This document shows, in pieces, positions 62,601-64,000 of a stretch of 64,000 bases of DNA. A program made the translations under genes and the position numbers. The DNA comes from an uncultured Clostridia bacterium (GTDB lineage: Bacteria > Bacillota > Clostridia > Christensenellales > DTU072): the NCBI GenBank assembly GCA_944362765.1, contig CALVTP010000005.1:3649-67648 (forward strand), written 5' to 3'. The first letter of the stretch is position 1. The number at the start of each line of letters is the position of its first letter. Below the pieces are notes generated by a model, which made no database searches, was not told where the DNA came from, and saw nothing but the letters and a program-made list of their open reading frames with translations.

Positions 62601-62833
62601 GGGTCAGGAAGAAGCTGTCGCAGGGCTCCGACGAAATTTTGCAAAGCCTCAGGAAAGGATATGTCACTTACGTAGTGAACACCATTACCGAAGGGGGCTC
62701 CGGACACGCCGACGGCATGGAGATAAGGCGTACCGCCGTCGAAAACAACGTGCCCGTCTTCACCTCGCTGGATACCGTCAGAGTGCTTCTCGACGTGTTG
62801 GAAGAAACGACGATGGGAGTGTCCGAGATATGA
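59666..62833 (+). CDS. carB: Carbamoyl-phosphate synthase large subunit
   Basis: Duplicated ATP-grasp halves ([14 protein letters not shown] and [14 protein letters not shown]). 1055 aa. SD GGAGG. Confidence 0.97.
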   Translation: MPKRTDIKKIMVIGSGPIVIGQAAEFDYAGTQACIALKEEGYEVILVNSNPATIMTDKAMADKVYMEPLDLEHVAKIIRKERPDGLICSIGGQTGLNLGMQLHKKGVLEECQVELLGTGYDSISKAEDRQLFKDLCEEIGEPVLESNTAHTTEACLEIAEKIGYPVIVRPAFTLGGTGGGFADNAEELKELSKNALKLSPVTQVLIEKSIKGYKEIEFEVMRDGMDNAVAICCMENVDPVGVHTGDSIVVAPSQTLTNKEYQMLRSAALKIIRALGIEGGCNVQFALDPFSFEYFVIEVNPRVSRSSALASKASGYPIARVSAKIACGLTLDEIKLPNSYAAFEPALDYIVCKVPRFPFDKFTKASRVLNTQMKATGEVMSIGRTFEEALLKAVRSLETGLDHVEIKRLKELSDHDLVDLIIENTDERIFAVTEAIRRGIPIDYLYELTQIDRFFLEKLYNIVAAEKRLKAEELTPVLLRALKTMGFSDSYIAAAKGLTEFDVYNMRKIEGIRPVYKMIDTCAAEFDGYTPYLYSTYEEENESVRSDRKKVIVLGSGPIRIGQGIEFDYSTVHAIWAIKDAGYEAIIINNNPETVSTDYTISDKLYFEPLTFEDVMNIIDFERPEGVIVALGGQTAINLAESLSDAGVKILGSDAESIALAEDRDKFALALDRMKIPMPRGEAVFSVSDGVRAAEEIGYPVLVRPSFVLGGRMMHIVYDREQLEPILREAVALNRKHPVLIDKYILGRECEVDAVSDGQEVFIPGIMEHIERAGVHSGDSMSVYPPYSLEEEVQKTIIDYTVKVGLGLKIIGPFNIQFVVDGNKKVYIIEVNPRSSRTVPFLQKTTGAPIADIATKVMLGFSLKELGYTGVFPKKHRWYVKAPTFSYSKLTGLDAVLSPEMKSTGEAIGYDDTLTRAVYKALKASGLRVDNYGTVFATIGDKDKAAALPLIKRFYDLGFNIEATEGTAKYLKSAGIRTRVRKKLSQGSDEILQSLRKGYVTYVVNTITEGGSGHADGMEIRRTAVENNVPVFTSLDTVRVLLDVLEETTMGVSEI

Positions 62834-63555
62834 AATCGGAGAGGTTGAAAATCACCGAAAACCGCCAAATCACGGCGGATATATACAAGATGTGCCTGCT
62901 GGGAGCTGAAAAACCGCTCCCCGGGAACTTCCTGGAACTCACCATCCCGGGCTGCTTTCTCGGTCGTCCCTTCGGAGTGGCGGGTTATGCCGACGGCATC
63001 ACGGAAATTTATTACCGCGTCGTCGGCGAAGGCACCATGAAAATGACCGGAATGAAAGAGGGCGAGGAAGTGGACGCGCTGACGGGACTCGGGAACTCCT
63101 TTGACACAAACGGAGTTAAAAAACCGCTGATAGTCTCGGGTGGTTTGGGCTTTGCGCCGCTGAAATTCCTTGCCGAAAGTTTTGTGGAAAAGGGGATTAC
63201 GCCTCTGTTCGTGGCAGGCTTCAAGTCGCGCTCCGATATCGTCGAATTCCTGAAAGAGAGCGGTTTTTCTCCCGTCATAACGACCGACGACGGTACGGCG
63301 GGCTTTCACGGCAGCGCCGTCGATTACATAAAGGAGAAAGTTCCGGAATTCGACCGCTACTATGCCTGCGGACCGATGCCTATGCTGAAAGGCATGGCGG
63401 CGGCTTTCAAAGGCGGACAGCTTTCGTTGGAAGCCAGGATGGGCTGCGGCTTCGGAGCATGCATGGGGTGCAGCATCATGACCACCGCGGGAGCAAAAAG
63501 AGTCTGCAAAGAAGGGCCCGTCTTTTCGAGCGAGGAGGTGATTTTCGGTGACTGA
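62830..63555 (+). CDS. pyrK: Dihydroorotate dehydrogenase B electron-transfer subunit
   Basis: FAD/NAD fold plus C-terminal 2Fe-2S Cys cluster CGPMPM...[10 protein letters not shown]...CKEGPVF. ATGA overlap with carB. Confidence 0.92.
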   Translation: MKSERLKITENRQITADIYKMCLLGAEKPLPGNFLELTIPGCFLGRPFGVAGYADGITEIYYRVVGEGTMKMTGMKEGEEVDALTGLGNSFDTNGVKKPLIVSGGLGFAPLKFLAESFVEKGITPLFVAGFKSRSDIVEFLKESGFSPVITTDDGTAGFHGSAVDYIKEKVPEFDRYYACGPMPMLKGMAAAFKGGQLSLEARMGCGFGACMGCSIMTTAGAKRVCKEGPVFSSEEVIFGD

Positions 63556-64000
63556 TAATCATAAACCGGATACCCGAATCACACTTTTCGGAAACGAGAT
63601 GGATAATCCCGTCATTCCTGCCAGCGGCACTTTCGGCTTCGGATACGAATTTAATAATTGGTTTGATATTTCCGTTCTCGGTTCGATAGCGCTGAAAGGT
63701 ACGACCATCGAAGCGCGCTACGGAAACCCTCTCCCGAGGATTGCCGAATGCCCCGCGGGAATGATAAACGCGATAGGGCTTCAAAACCCGGGGGCGGTGG
63801 CGGTCAGGGATATAGAGCTGAAAAAATTGGCGGCTGTCTACCCCAAAAAAGTCATCGCCAACGTCGGCGGGCACAGCTTCGGCGAATATGTCGAAACTTC
63901 CGCGATTCTTTCGGCTGCCGAGGAGGTTTTTGCAATCGAGCTGAATGTCTCCTGCCCTAACGTCAAGGGCGGCGGCATGGCTTTCGGCTTGGACGCAGGG
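63548..64000 (+). CDS. pyrD: Dihydroorotate dehydrogenase B catalytic subunit (3' end outside window)
   Basis: Hand translation from GTG 63548: [32 protein letters not shown]...AIELNVSCPNVKGGG. Open to the window end. Not in the ORF track. Confidence 0.9.
   Translation, partial: MTDNHKPDTRITLFGNEMDNPVIPASGTFGFGYEFNNWFDISVLGSIALKGTTIEARYGNPLPRIAECPAGMINAIGLQNPGAVAVRDIELKKLAAVYPKKVIANVGGHSFGEYVETSAILSAAEEVFAIELNVSCPNVKGGGMAFGLDAG

Overview
This is a 64-kb chromosomal segment from a spore-forming Bacillota (Clostridia-like) genome, with no obvious mobile DNA. It opens inside the rpoB-rpoC operon, continues with metK, and ends in a tightly packed pyrB-pyrC-carA-carB-pyrK-pyrD operon whose pyrD runs off the 3' edge. 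Housekeeping genes in between are glnS, rmuC, cvpA, an mrp/apbC-like ATPase, tcdA, a gerA-type germinant receptor operon and yyaC. Accessory genes are interleaved with them: a translationally coupled U32-U32-PHP operon, two GPH-type MFS transporters, a 1950-aa C-terminally anchored surface protein, two surface lipoproteins with Listeria-Bacteroides-type repeats, a clan GH-D-like hydrolase, a GH30 hydrolase, an HSL-type esterase, an HxxxD acyltransferase, an Isf-type flavoprotein and an enoate-reductase-family flavoenzyme. I recognised no rRNA, tRNA, CRISPR array, transposase, integrase or transcription-factor gene. The strongest unexplained signals are at the DNA level. (1) Three promoters of one minus-strand cluster (34.0-39.7 kb) carry the same C(G/T)CCCGGCG element at the same spacer position. 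(2) TTTGTCG / CGACAAA boxes sit at spacings close to multiples of 10 bp at four intergenic loci, including a 40-bp x 3.5 tandem repeat at 8990-9131 and a phased A-tract array at 33.8-33.9 kb. (3) A -10 hexamer lies 6-7 nt upstream of an ATG with no Shine-Dalgarno sequence at five genes, which predicts leaderless mRNAs. (4) A perfect 18-bp inverted repeat joins the 3' end of a 2Fe-2S gene to the start of a 37-codon sORF that has a consensus SD. All functional calls come from motifs read in the supplied translations and from hand inspection. No database search was run.
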